Source: Gordius albopunctatus
Lineage: Eukaryota
Assembly: GCA_964276515.1 (NCBI GenBank)
Contig: OZ193909.1
Span: 15,996,001-16,060,000 of the forward strand
Direction: 5' to 3'
Length of the DNA: 64,000 bases
Under the pieces are notes generated by a model, which had not been told where the DNA came from, made no database searches, and worked only from the letters and a program-made list of their open reading frames with translations. Below, piece after piece: positions 1 through 12,500 of the stretch (its first letter is position 1; each line of letters starts with the position of its first letter). A program made the position numbers and the translations under genes.

Positions 1-208
1 TGACGTATAGGTAAAAAAACTAAAAACATATTTGTGTTCACCGTGAAAAACTCTACCAGAATCTGCAAACAGTTTGCCGGTTAGTTTTTCTTGTTGAACC
101 ATGTAATTTTTCGGGGCTATTAGTAGCCTTGACAAAATTTTGTATTTTACACATAAAATTTTTTGGCCCTATATTTTGGACTAATTTAAGTTTTATCTTA
201 TAAAACGA

Positions 209-550
209 TATCTATATATATAAAGTAAAGTGTATGTATATATGTATGTATGTAAGGGCTAAATTCTGAAACTACCGGCCCGATTCGCACGAAACTTTAC
301 CCATAGGTTCCCAGGGCGGCCAGGGGTAAAATAGCCTTTTAAGAATCCTAAAATTCCTTTTAATTTAAAAAATATGGGCCTTTTAGTTTTAAAAAATGGC
401 TTAATTCTAAAACTACCGGCCCGATTCGCGCGAAAAGTTAGCCGTAGATGCCCAGGGATGCCAGGGGTAAAATAGCTTTTTCAGATTCCAAAAATACCTT
501 TTAGTTTTAAAAATATCGGACATTTCCCGGCCAGTTTAATTTATAACAGC
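209..550 (+). mobile_element. 5' part of non-autonomous Helitron-like repeat (same family as 25319-26240)
   Basis: Begins TCTATATATATAAAGTAAAG followed by a (tgta)n tract and two internal ~140-bp subrepeats (ctaccggcccgattcgc...cccagggnngccagggg). Near-identical to 25319-25660. A minus-strand Helitron-like 3' end (actagctgacccggcaaacgttg) abuts at 551-575. Confidence 0.65.
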
Positions 551-1908
551 ACTAGCTGACCCGGCAAACGTTGTTTTGCTATATACATTATTTCTAGAAA
601 ATACTATAGGTGGTGTGCATGCTCATCCTTATGCCTCGATCATATAATGAGCGAATAAAATATAATTGACCTATGGGAAATAATTCACGAACTTAATGTA
701 GGAAGAATTAACACGCTAAATACAAAATATAAACACATAAAACAAAGTACTTAACATCTAATTTTTTATTGCTTTACTTTACACATTTTGTCTATATAAA
801 TATACTGTCAAATAAATTAATACATGCCTAAAGAATCATTTAATTTGTAAATTGCCACAGGTTTGTTTTTTTAGTAAAGGTGCTAAAAACTTTTTTTGGT
901 CCTACCGCAAAATCACGATTCTGGCAAATGGCCCTTTTCGGACTTCAATCAAAACCCCAACTCGCCCTGAAAATCTTTTTATTTTTGCGCCTGAACATAT
1001 TTTCGCGCGTCCAGCTTTTCACTTATTTGGGCAAACTACAATTTTGCTTACATCAGCTTAGAAACTTTAGGTATATCATTGGCCGCCAACCGAGCTTTAT
1101 TGCAATAGGGTCTCATTGTTATCATGTTTTGCTGATATATTGTGTAGTTTAAGTCAACAGGTACCATTATAGACGTAGCCCGATCCTCTTGTTTAATACA
1201 GATCATAGTTTAAATTTTTAATAGGTTACATCTTTTGTCCCTTATTTGGCATACAAATCAGTTAAAAAATAAATTCACAAGACACTCATTGAGACTTTTG
1301 ACTGTAAATGTGTATACTTTTAAACACATAGAACTTGCTCGGCGAAAGTAATAAAATCCTTAATTTTCATGTTTGTTATTGACTTATTAACATTTAGCCT
1401 AAATAAATTTAATGTCGTGAACCACGATACAAGCTAATAATTGCTTTTGAAGTTTGTTTAATTTTTTTAACTAATACTGAAAAAATAAACACGATTTTGT
1501 AATAAAACCATCAGTGTCCTTCATATATTAACGTTATATTGGTCACACAACTGCCGTTTATGTGAATGCGCGAAAAGAGAAGAGGTTAATTTTATATAAC
1601 TTTTATTAGCATACCATTTTCTACATATTATGTTATTGCTAGAATTATATGTTTTATTATTGTAAATCCAAAACCTTGTTGATAAAAACCATTTGATTTC
1701 ATTATATCAATTATTCTTTTGTCTACATATATCCCTACCCCTGGCCCTATTCTATAATACCATATTCATTATTAATATATTTATAAACCGATTCCAATAA
1801 ATTGGAAAAAACATTAAATCCATACAATTAAGACGTGGAGTCGGAGAATATATGCGAAAGTTCAAACATAAACTGTGACTTGGCCTTGACGCAAAACACC
1901 TAGAAGTC

Positions 1909-2063
1909 ATGACTTTAGCCAGGTTTTAGATTAGGGGGGGGGGCCAAACGTTAAAAAGTTCAATTAGAGGGGGGGGGGGGGCAAAACATAAATTTTTTAA
2001 TTTTTAAGGCTTTTTGCATTAAAATTTTTTTTTCCGCCATTTAGGGCCTTGGCTTTGCCCATG
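1909..2063. mobile_element. Short MITE with poly-G tracts (family of 55606-55767)
   Basis: catg...cccatg ends. Internal attagggggggg-ccaaacgttaaaaagtt...gcaaaac...tttgcatt matches 55606-55767. TSD degenerate. Confidence 0.5.
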
Positions 2064-2429
2064 ATTAGTGTAACATTTTCTATATATTATATTATTGCTA
2101 TAATTATATGTTTTAATATTGTAAGCCACGTATACCTCTCTTCCTTTCCATTTAATTTTCATTACGTGTGGGTGTGTGTTACTTTTCCTCCCCCCCCACG
2201 CGCTTGTACTTGTTTGTTATTTCTTCCCCCTATATTATAATTTATTAACACGCATCAGTGAATTTTGTATACGCGTACACAACGCGACTGTATCGATAAA
2301 TTTTTATATATTCATTCTTTAATTCCTTTGTCTCTTTTGGGAAATAAATAAATAAACGTAAGATGTAAGGTTTAGTAAAATAAGTCTTCCTTGAATGGAA
2401 AAGTTTTCCCCTGACCTGCCGGCCCAATA

Positions 2430-3710
2430 TATCCCCCTATTCCCTATGATCTTAAATCGCATAGTTAAGAATTTAAAAACAACTAAAGATGGGGCATGTC
2501 ATAACTCGGAAAGAATAATAAATTTTTACTAAAACTATTTTAACATTTCAAAGATTAATCATTGTTTTCGCTCATCTGGTGCATTTTTACACCCAAACGT
2601 TTTAAAGTCGTACAAAGGCTTTTTAAAAACTTTATTGGAAAAAATTTAAAATTTGATACTAACAATTGGATTAAAGCATCCCTCCCAACCAAATCTGGAG
2701 GACTCGGAATTCCTCCTCCCGGCAGCATATCGCTAGCTGCTTTTATTCCTCTTTTAAGTCGACCCAAAACTTAATTTTTAATCTCACAAAACATTATTAT
2801 GACCTTCTGCTAACTCAAGCCTTGGAGCTTTGGAATTTGAATGTCACACCCAAGACCATTCAACCTCAAAGTCAGAGACAAAAGGATTGGGATTCTGGAC
2901 TAGTATCGCGCTCCGTTGATTACCTTTTATCGAGCAGTGATGATAGCCAGCATTACAACCTTAGGTCCCTCGCTTTTGATGGTTCCGGTCAAGAGTGGCT
3001 TGAAACCTATCCCAGCAAACTTTTGGGAATTTTGCTTGAAGACTTTGAGCTATCATATTCCATAGCTTTAAGGTTGGGGATTAGTTACAGCAGAAAATTC
3101 AATTGTTGAAATTGTCTTACCATTGTAGAGGAATATGCTTATAAATATGTTAGGCACACTAAAGCTAATTTATTAATTCAAGCTGCCCTTAAAAAGGCGA
3201 AAATACCCTCAATCCTTGAGCCGTCAGATCCCTCTCTTGAAGGTAGGATGCGCCCTGACGGCGCTTCTCTAGTCCCCTGGCAAAGTGGCCTATCCCTCAA
3301 ATGGGATTTTACTTGTATTGACCTATTTGCCCCTTCCCATTTTAATTACGACCCTATCGCTACAGCAGAAAGGCGTAAAACTACAAAGTACCTACTCAAC
3401 CCTTTTGGCATCCAATATTTTTATCCCTGTCGTTGCCTCGTGCTCCGGTCCCTTCGGTAAACAGGCAATGGGTTTTTTTAAAGAAATCGGAAAACACTCA
3501 CCAAAATCTAAAATTTCTGCGTCCTTTTTACTCAGGCAACAACTAGGGATTCTTGTTGTACGATACAACTTTAAATCCTTTGCCGACTCATGCCATATAT
3601 TAGAAGATAATGATATAGATCTTTGTATCTAACCAATATGTCTTTATTTTTGCATTAGCTTATTTATGTAACTTTGTTTCGTGAAAATAAACTTTTTAAC
3701 CATAAAAAAA
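2430..3710 (+). mobile_element. Decayed non-LTR retrotransposon 3' half (CRE/R2-type, restriction-like endonuclease)
   Basis: Frameshifted ORFs with LPTKSGGLGI, WLETYPS...LSYSIALRLG and RPDG..VPWQSG...WDFTCID...AERRKTTKY (PD-D/ExK RLE-type motifs). AATAAA at ~3686 and a short A-run at ~3705. Confidence 0.75.
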
Positions 3711-4216
3711 GTCTAAACCGCACCGCAATTCTATCCCCACAGTTCTAGCCTACGTTTTGGGAAAAGGAGGCATAGCGTCACGTAATAATTACAAAATAAA
3801 AAAATATACCAGAGTGGATCGTTCATCACGCCAAAATTAAGGCATCTATGCGAATAAAATTAGTGTTAGGGCGGGTAAGTAATGTAACATAAATATAGAT
3901 ACATTTTGCATATTGGGCTATAATCAAAATTTTGTACAAAACCCACGCAAACTAATTCCAAGATATAAGGGACAGGCAACAAATCAGTTAATATAACAGT
4001 TTAACCCTACAAAATAAAGAAAATTAAACAAACAAATTTGGCATATTTTAATATGGTCAACAGGATTCGTTCGGCATATGAAATAGCAAAGTTATTTACG
4101 ATAATTTGCATTTTTATATAAAAACAACGAATTTTACTCTTAATAAATTATGATAAAAGTATAAAATAGTTTTCGGAAAAAAGAAACTTCAAACGATCGA
4201 CAAATTAAGATACAAG

Positions 4217-5395
4217 AAAAATCGACCAGCAAACTGTTTGCATGAACTAGAGGTGTGCACGGATCAATCCGATCCGTCAAAACTCGGATCGGATTTAGAT
4301 TTTAAAAAACTCGGATCGGATCAGATGGATATGAAATTTTTCAAAAACTCCTCGTATCGGATCGGATCAAAAAACTTTGATCCGTGCACACCTCTAACGC
4401 GAATTAAACCAGAAAATTTAGATTCTTTATTATTTTTATATGATAATATAGAATGAGTCAAATAAAATTTTATAATTATTTCAGGTCTATTTTAATTGCA
4501 TTACCTTATTTTTATGTATTTTGAATTTAATCATCAATAAAAAGTTATGTTCGTAAAATTTTAATTAAAAAATGTCGGATCGGATGGATATTAAATTTTT
4601 CAAAAACCCCTGGGATCGGATCGGATCAAAAAAATTTGATCCGTGCACACCTCTAGCATGAACACAAATATATTTTTAGTTTATTCCTACACGTCAAGTT
4701 TTTGAAATATTTGTCGTCAAAATTGCTAAAACAGCGATATTGACGTTTTTCAAAAGGCAAGGAACTTGCAAATTAATCGGAAAAATTTTAATTTAACAAA
4801 TTTTATGTAAAAATTTAAGGGAGAGGAACATTACAATTTTTCTATCATAATTAACTTTAGAGTTATATACAAAATTAATGTATCCCTATCCTTTTACATT
4901 CACAAATTGCCCCAATGGTCGCCCTTCCTTCCCTCTAAAACCAGGAACAGAAACCTATATGGGCCGAAATTTTAAGGTCAGGTCCGTCCCAAACACGCAC
5001 AAATTAATTTTTTCGGCCCGCACTAGTAAAAACAAGTCGACGTTGCTTAAATTATATTATTTATTTGTATTTAGAACAGCATATAAAATAGACTAGGGCT
5101 TTTTGTCGATGAAGATAGGAATAAGTTTTTTTTAATATACATCAAAAATTGGTAGAGCTACGGTAAATCCTTTTTAGTGGATTCCTCTCCCCTTTATTTA
5201 TAAATAAAAATTATTTAACTAAAATTTTACCAATTAATTTGCATGTTACTGACGTTTAAAAAGGCCAAAATCGCTGTTTTAGCAACTTTGACAGCAAATA
5301 TTTCAAAAATTTGACACAGAAAAAAAACTGGAAATATATTTGTGTTCGCCCTAAAAAACTATACAAATACGCGCAAACAGTTTGCCGGTTGATTT
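4217..5395. mobile_element. Foldback/MITE-like element with long imperfect inverted arms, interrupted by a hAT element
   Basis: cagcaaactgtttgc...aacacaaatatattt...gaaatatttgtcgtcaaaattgctaaaacagcgat (4228-4775) is the inverse of 5232-5392. Another right-arm copy lies at 1-100. Confidence 0.55.
4248..4655 (+). mobile_element. Non-autonomous hAT element with 8-bp TSD
   Basis: TIR tagaggtgtgcacggatcaa/ttgatccgtgcacacctcta. Perfect TSD gcatgaac (4240-4247, 4656-4663). Subterminal (tcgga)n repeats. Remnant RIKPENLDSLLFLYDN resembles the end of the hAT dimerisation domain. Confidence 0.9.
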
Positions 5396-6389
5396 ATAAG
5401 TCCACTATTTGTTGACCAGTGTTATGAAAATAAACCATCCGAGTTCGGGCCTAAATTTTGATGTTAACAGACAATTTTTATAGGTAAAAATAAAATTAAT
5501 AAAAATAAAATCCATCCAAGTGACCATTTTATTGGGGGTGAAAATGTTAGACATAACACGAAAGACTGCGTTTTGTTCCGAAAAACAACAATTAGATGTT
5601 TAGTATGCAATAAAAAAACACACACACAAACGTGGAAAATCAAGTTTGCCGTATAACGTAAGTGTTGAGATTGAAGTAGCCCTGAATGACGATTGAAATT
5701 ATTATATATATAAATTGTGTGAAATACATTGGCTCATCTAATTAACGATACATATGGGAATCTAGTAGTGAGGAGGAAGTAAGATTAAAGTTAAACATCG
5801 TTAAGTTTGCGTTTTTGTCATAATTTTTACAATTAAAGGACTATGTCAAAATTAATAATATTTAAAAAATCGGCAATCCCACAATGTTTAAACTTATATG
5901 AAAAACGTGAAATTATAATACTAAGTGCGCAGTATGATAAATCAGTGGGAATAATCTTGCATCACATGACTCATAAGAGATAGCACGTTATCGTAAGAGA
6001 GTGGTAGTGGCCCCATTGATTGGAGATTTCGTTGAGGGTCGATTCAAAATCGATGGAAAAATAACATTTAAAATCATATTTTTATGTAATCCATATATAT
6101 AATCTTAATTTCATTAAAAAAAAATTGGTGTGGTACGCGTGCACAGTTTCTAAAATGAGGACACAAGGGCACATAATAATTAGCAAGTAACTACAGTATA
6201 CAGTTGAAAGAAAGAACGATACACAAAATGATACAAAAAACACGTAGAGAAACGTACAATGCTGAAGTTTAAATATGTATGGTATAAATATTGAGGAGAG
6301 AAGGTGTATCGCCGTAAGCAACTTGCTGATTTCAATTCGAGCCCGAGCAGCAGCGTTGGCTTTTATTCTGAAAAAATTATTTGGGCACA

Positions 6390-6539
6390 TCAATTTTTAG
6401 GGTAGGTTTGTTGGCGAACGCCAGTGTTAGGGGTTGTCACGTTAGGGACTTGACGCGATTTAATTTTGAACCAGTTGGTTTCCTTGTACAAAAACCATAT
6501 GTTACCGGCCCAGAGTAAGAGGTTGGCGTATCCGAATAT
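6390..6539 (-). CDS. Synaptophysin-like alternative terminal exon B (TM4 + tail)
   Basis: tttgtatcag acceptor, phase 0. IFGYANLLLWAGNIWFLYKETNWFKIKSRQVPNVTTPNTGVRQQTYPKN*, carrying the canonical family motif FG..N..LW.GN.WF.YKET.W. Confidence 0.9.
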   Translation of the reverse strand: MFGYANLLLWAGNIWFLYKETNWFKIKSRQVPNVTTPNTGVRQQTYPKN

Positions 6540-9500
6540 CTGATACAAACAAAAGTAAAATTTAATAGTTTTTATCGATAAATTGCGTAGCGCTTTACAA
6601 TTATCTAGATATTTTTCAAATTACAATTATAGCTTATGCGTAAGGAAATCATGGCCTAAGTCATGTTAAAATGTAAAGGGGACAGTACAGCCATCCAAAG
6701 TAAGGATTAAAAAGACAACGCTTCAGACGCCACAATTTCGAGGTTGGCTTGCCGCGCGGTTTTGGCTAACGCTCTGTACTTGAACCAAATGGTGTCTTTG
6801 TACACGAACCACAACGAAGAACTCCACACAAACGAATTGAATATTCCAGCCATCTTGGCAAAATTTATCCAGTCAACTTACAAAATTACCCTCGAAAAAT
6901 CCGGTTAAAGTCTTAGTTTTTAGAGTATTAAATATCATGATTCTTCCGTTAATAGGGGCGAAATAAAAAATAAATAAAATTATAGCCCTATAGATTAATC
7001 AAATGGTCTATAGGAATAGTATATGAATATAATATATAATAAATTAGAAAATGGCGGGGGAACATTGCCTCAAAAAAGGCTAAATTTGTGGGGGAAAACA
7101 ATTTTCCATCAGAAATCCGAATTATTAATCCGTGTGCGAGATGCTTTTTATAGACCCGTGTAATAATAGAGGCATTCGCAAGATAAACGTGTTAATGATG
7201 AGATAATTATTGACGGGGTATCCACAATATGTACAGGCATAACTTAAAACGATATATATAAGCGAAAACATCGTGAAAAATCCTTTAAATATACATATAT
7301 TTTATTCGCTTTTATATTTTGTGTCTGTTTTTAAGATGTTCCTAACTTCTAAAATAAATATACTATTGAAAATAGCTCAACAACGCTGTAGTATGAAAGC
7401 TAAACTTACGATGGAAACGTTTAGGCTGGCAAAATCTCCGCTGTACTTAGTGACGCACCGTTTTTCGCCTTGGGTGCCGGGGAGGGGCAAGCAATCCGAT
7501 ATGCGAGGTATTATGTGATCGGGATTGGTGTAGTACTTCAGGTCCGTCAAATTTTTAGCCCACGCCGATGTAGAGATGAGCCAAAGCAGGGCGAAGGCCA
7601 TAGTCATTATGAAATCCTAAATCATAGTAAAATGCAGGCTAACTAAATTTACCAATATTTAAAAAATAATTAATAAAATTTGGCTGATATAATTAAAAGT
7701 AAAAAATTATTATTTTTTTTATATATTTTAAATCTGGAAATATAGATGACAACTGCGAGGTGACAGGCAAAAGAGCATCGATGATAACCCCAAGATAAAA
7801 TTTTGCTAAAACCATCACTCTTTAACAATCACTTATTGGCCAAAGTTTAGCCTCCATATATACTATTTTATTACCTTAAATTTTGACAAAATCCTTCGAT
7901 TCACTTTAAAAATTGCCATGTTAGCCTCATCGTGTTAGCTAAATCAAAAGGCGACAATAGAAATATTGTCATTAAAGGAAGCATGAGGGTAGCCAGGGGG
8001 GGGCGGCTACCCCCCTCTAAATCCAAAAATTTGTTGAAAATAAAATTATGGCTGAAATTTCAAAAAATGATCCTTTTGCCCTTCCCTAAATCATTATTGC
8101 CCTATCTAATTCCAATGCTGGCTACAACCATGAAGGGAAATCACAAAAAAGTCAAGTACCAACGTTTAAAAATCAACAGTAGCCAGGGCACGGTAAAAAA
8201 GTCATATTATAAATGGTATTAACGAAAACAATATATTAATTTAAAATAAGATAAAAATTTGCCCTCTCCGGGATTCGAACCCACATCACTAGAGGCATAG
8301 GCCTTTGTAGGAGGGGGGCACAGGGACCCATATCAGTAGAGGAATATGCCCTTGTAGGGGGAGGCATAGGGTAATTAATGTTGACCTAATAAAGCAATTC
8401 AAAAAACGGAAAAAAAATTTCGATTCATAATTCGGCCAATGGTCATCTTTTCATTAGTACAGTAGCCAGGACACGGTCAAAAAGTCATATTATTAATGTT
8501 ATTAACAAGAACAATATATTTATAAAAAATTTTTTTTTGCCCTCTCCGGGATTCGAACCAGCAATTAAGATACATTTTGGAAGGATGGACGGACAACGAA
8601 AAGCGAGCCCATAAATTGCATAGCAATTAATAGGGCTATCAATCGTCAAAAATGTATGAAAGGGAGATTAGCCCGATTGTACACAATGCAAGCTAGTGAT
8701 GATCAAAACCTAGGTCAGGTTTTCCCGAGGTCCAACCTCAGGTCGGTTTCATGTTCGACCCGAACCTTAACCTGAGGTCGATCCCGAAAATCAACCTGAA
8801 AAACCTTCAGGACAATTTTATCCCGAACCTGAAACCCAGATTGACCTCAGGTTAACCTTACAAAAATCTCTTGTTTTATGCGATAAATTTAAGAATAAAT
8901 TTTTATTTTACTTTAACTATTTTCCTTTTTCAAGATGGGTCAAACTTTTCAAATATTCACAATTTTAAATGAAGAAAAAATTTTATAAACATATAGATGG
9001 TGTCATCGAGTAATATACATGTTTAACAATTAATTTAATTTTTATATAAAAAAAATCTTATTTTTTTTTTAAATAATAACCAAAAACTATTTTTTCTTCA
9101 TTTAAAATTGTAAATATTTAAAAAGTTTGATGCATCTTGAAAAGGGAAAATAGTTAAAGTAAAATAAAAATTTATTCTTAAATTTATCGCATAAAACAAG
9201 AGATTTTTATCAGGTTAACCTGAGGTCAACCTGGGTTTCAGGTTGGGGATAAAATTGACCTGAAGGTTTTTCAGGTTGATTTTCGGGATCAACCTCAGAT
9301 TAAGGTTCGGGTATTCTAAAACCTTGGTTTTGATCATCACTAATGCAAGCGAATTAATAAAATGCAGCCTCTAATACATAAAAAAGTAAACATTAACATT
9401 TATTAAACTTTTTAGTATGCCATGGTTTAGTGAGGATTTCTACAACTTTCATATCTTAAAGCCAGTCTTGTTAAGGAGCGGCGCTCATTTTTTCAAAAAA

Positions 9501-12500
9501 AAGCTGGAGCTCCTTTTTAAAATTGAGGAGCGGGAGTAGCTCCTTTTAGGGCTTTTTTAAACATCAATAATATTTGTTAATTAAAATTTAATGAAAATAT
9601 AATTTTATTTAAATTTATTCATTATTAAATGTTGAGCCGAATTTTTTATTGATTTCTCATCTAATCATTTGAATTTTTGGATAGTCGAGTTTTTTTTGCT
9701 CTCAGGAAAGTTTTGGATAGTCGAGATCTTTTTAAAAATGGTTTTAATTATTTTTGGAAAATCAAAGGAGCGGTTATGGAGCGGCACTCCATTAGTTGGA
9801 GCGGGAGCGCTCCTTTTAATATGTAGTAGCGGGAGCGGGAATTCGCTCCTTTTGAGAAGGTAGGAGCGGGAGTCGCTACTTCTAAAAAGGAGCGTTAACA
9901 AGACTGCTTAAAGCAAATACATTATAGATGACGTTATTGATGCTTTAAGCGATAGAATTTATTTCTCAAGAGTGTCCAACATTAATTTTTGAAAATAATT
10001 GATAAAATGCAGCGAAATGAATTGCGGCGTTTGCCTTTTTAATGTGTGCCTCAAACGTAGTCTTGTAAAAACGGCTCGGTTTTGTTCGGTCGACTTTCGG
10101 GTCAACTAAGACTAACGTTCGTTTCTGGTCTGGTTTCTAAATTTCGACTATGCCTACTAGAGGTAGATTAAGCCTAATCAACTAAAACCAAAGGTGAATC
10201 AAACAAAAGTCAGCCACTTTTACAACACGACTCAAACCTAGCTACACCCTTATAAATATTATACTAGTCCCCGGCAAAAATACAGCCGTGTAAGTAAATA
10301 GAGAAATAAGCGTTTAAACATGTTAAGCAAATCGTCACAAGATGAGGCGGTAAAAGAAATTTGCTCCTCACCAACATCGGCAATTTTTCGTTGTCTTCGT
10401 AAATCTTGGTGAAGAAAACGTAGACGATAACAGCACCCAGGGCGTATAGGAAGGCCAAAACCCCTATGGCAACGTAAAATTGAGCGGCGCTCGAATAATC
10501 CCCCTCCAAAAATACGCGGGAGGGGGAGTCGGCAACAGCCTGGCTAGGCCCGGCCGGGTAGAGGTCGGGCGCGAGTTTGGCCCCGTTTTTATCGCAAAGC
10601 GGCAAACTCAGGGCGTAATGATCCAGCCTGTTACTCACAACAGGAATAATTGCAAACTTTTAGGGGTTATACATAATAATTTTCATTAAAGTAAGGCAGC
10701 ACCTGATAAGAGTAATTTAGAGATTAGGTGTCACAAAATGTGAAGCTCATTAAAGCATTTTACAGAATTTTAAAAATTTAATGGCGGATTTGGAGTTGGG
10801 CGAGGATTATTCAGCCCGCACACGATTGGTAACGGCGTTTCAAACTCCAGATAGCTCTATAACTTTCCATTACTTTGGGAAAAAGTAACCTTTTAAAAAT
10901 TGTAGGCGAATCATGGTATAATTTCGTTATTCGGTATGAGCGTTATAATTTTAAATCGTAAATTAAATTGATCCCTCCCCTATTTCTCAAACAATTCGAT
11001 TTAGATAGCCTACGGTAAAAATATTAATGGGCGTGCCTGAGGGAGAGCAGCATATTTAAAATTTTAAAATTTCCCTGACCTAGCAACACCAATAAATTTA
11101 TTTGAATAAAATGGTAAATATTCGCCATTTTAAAATATGCTCTTCCGGTACAATCCCTAACCACACTTGACAAATAACAATCTTGGTATGTTTCATATAT
11201 TCGAAGGCTAAAGAAAAATCTATTAATATTATCGTATAGATCCACTTTCGTAACTTATTAAAAGGGCGCTAAAATCAATAGAAAAGAGTTTTAAAAAATT
11301 GCATAGCAATTAACACGTAAATTATGTTATTAGGGGTTAGCTAGTTCAATACCTTTTTTATTATACAAATAATTCATTCACAAAATAAGTATTGTGTGAA
11401 TTTTTTTGGATTGCGCATATTTCGATATGGCGCATGCCGTTGATGAGCATTAGCAGTCTATTTGGTTAATTTGAATTTTTTTTTTTACATAAATGCAATC
11501 GACGCAAAAATATCTCAGCATAAACGCTTCATATATAAAAGCTTACCAATAATGATTTCACAAAATAATGCACATTTTTGTCCATTTTATTACATTTCGA
11601 GTTTCAAATAAAACTCTATGAACAGGACACCAGGGGAAAGACATAGCTGGGAGCGTACTACAATTTAACGATGATAACTCATAATAGTTGAAGAATCCTT
11701 TGTGAGCTAAAATTAATAAATCTATTGGAAAAAAATTAAGCTAATACAGGTTTAAGCGCCATGTATCGAAATTGTATTTTGGATTTTACGATTTCCATGG
11801 TGATTTTCTGCGTAATATAAAAAAAATTAGTTGAGGTCGTGTGTAGTAGAGGTAATAAATTTTGATATTTGTCTGCAAATTGGTCACGAGGGATTGAAAA
11901 CAAAGTTAGAAAGGAAGATAACGCCAAATTTTCGACCACAATTGATCATAAGTTTTATAAAACATGTAGATAATGTAATTTTAAACGAAATGTGGTTTTA
12001 CGAATCCTCAATCAAGCTATGCCAAATCTCATAGAATAATTTATATTATAAATCCATGTTAATCTGTTATATTATGCAAAATCAATTATTCCATTGGAAA
12101 AAAAGCAATTATAGACTTACAACTAATTAGAATTATGGACCGAAGACCCTAAGTCGGTTGCTATAATTATAATCAATATTCAATTAAAACGAAAAGGGAG
12201 TCTGTGTAAATCTTTACATTTTTCATTGAAAAATAATAGTACGTGAGTTTGCTGGATTGTAAATTTTATGTTTGGCTGCGAGATAAATTTTAGGTTTACA
12301 CAGCTTTTCGCGTCGGGTTTGGGCCATTATTAATTTTTTTGTTATTGGTATTAGAGATCTGCACGGGCCGGCCCGGCCCGCGGGCGAGTACGGACGGGTT
12401 TTGTATCATAAAAATTTTAACGGGTCGGGCCCGGACGGGCCTAAAAATTAATGGAACGGGCTCGGGCGGGCCTGAGATTTTTTTAACGGGCTTGAACGGG

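Noticed and set aside
8258..8300. tRNA gene suggested by the GGTTCGAATCCC T-arm motif (also at ~8538-8560)
   Set aside because: No D-arm, anticodon arm or acceptor-stem pairing can be built. It lies in a duplicated repeat unit.
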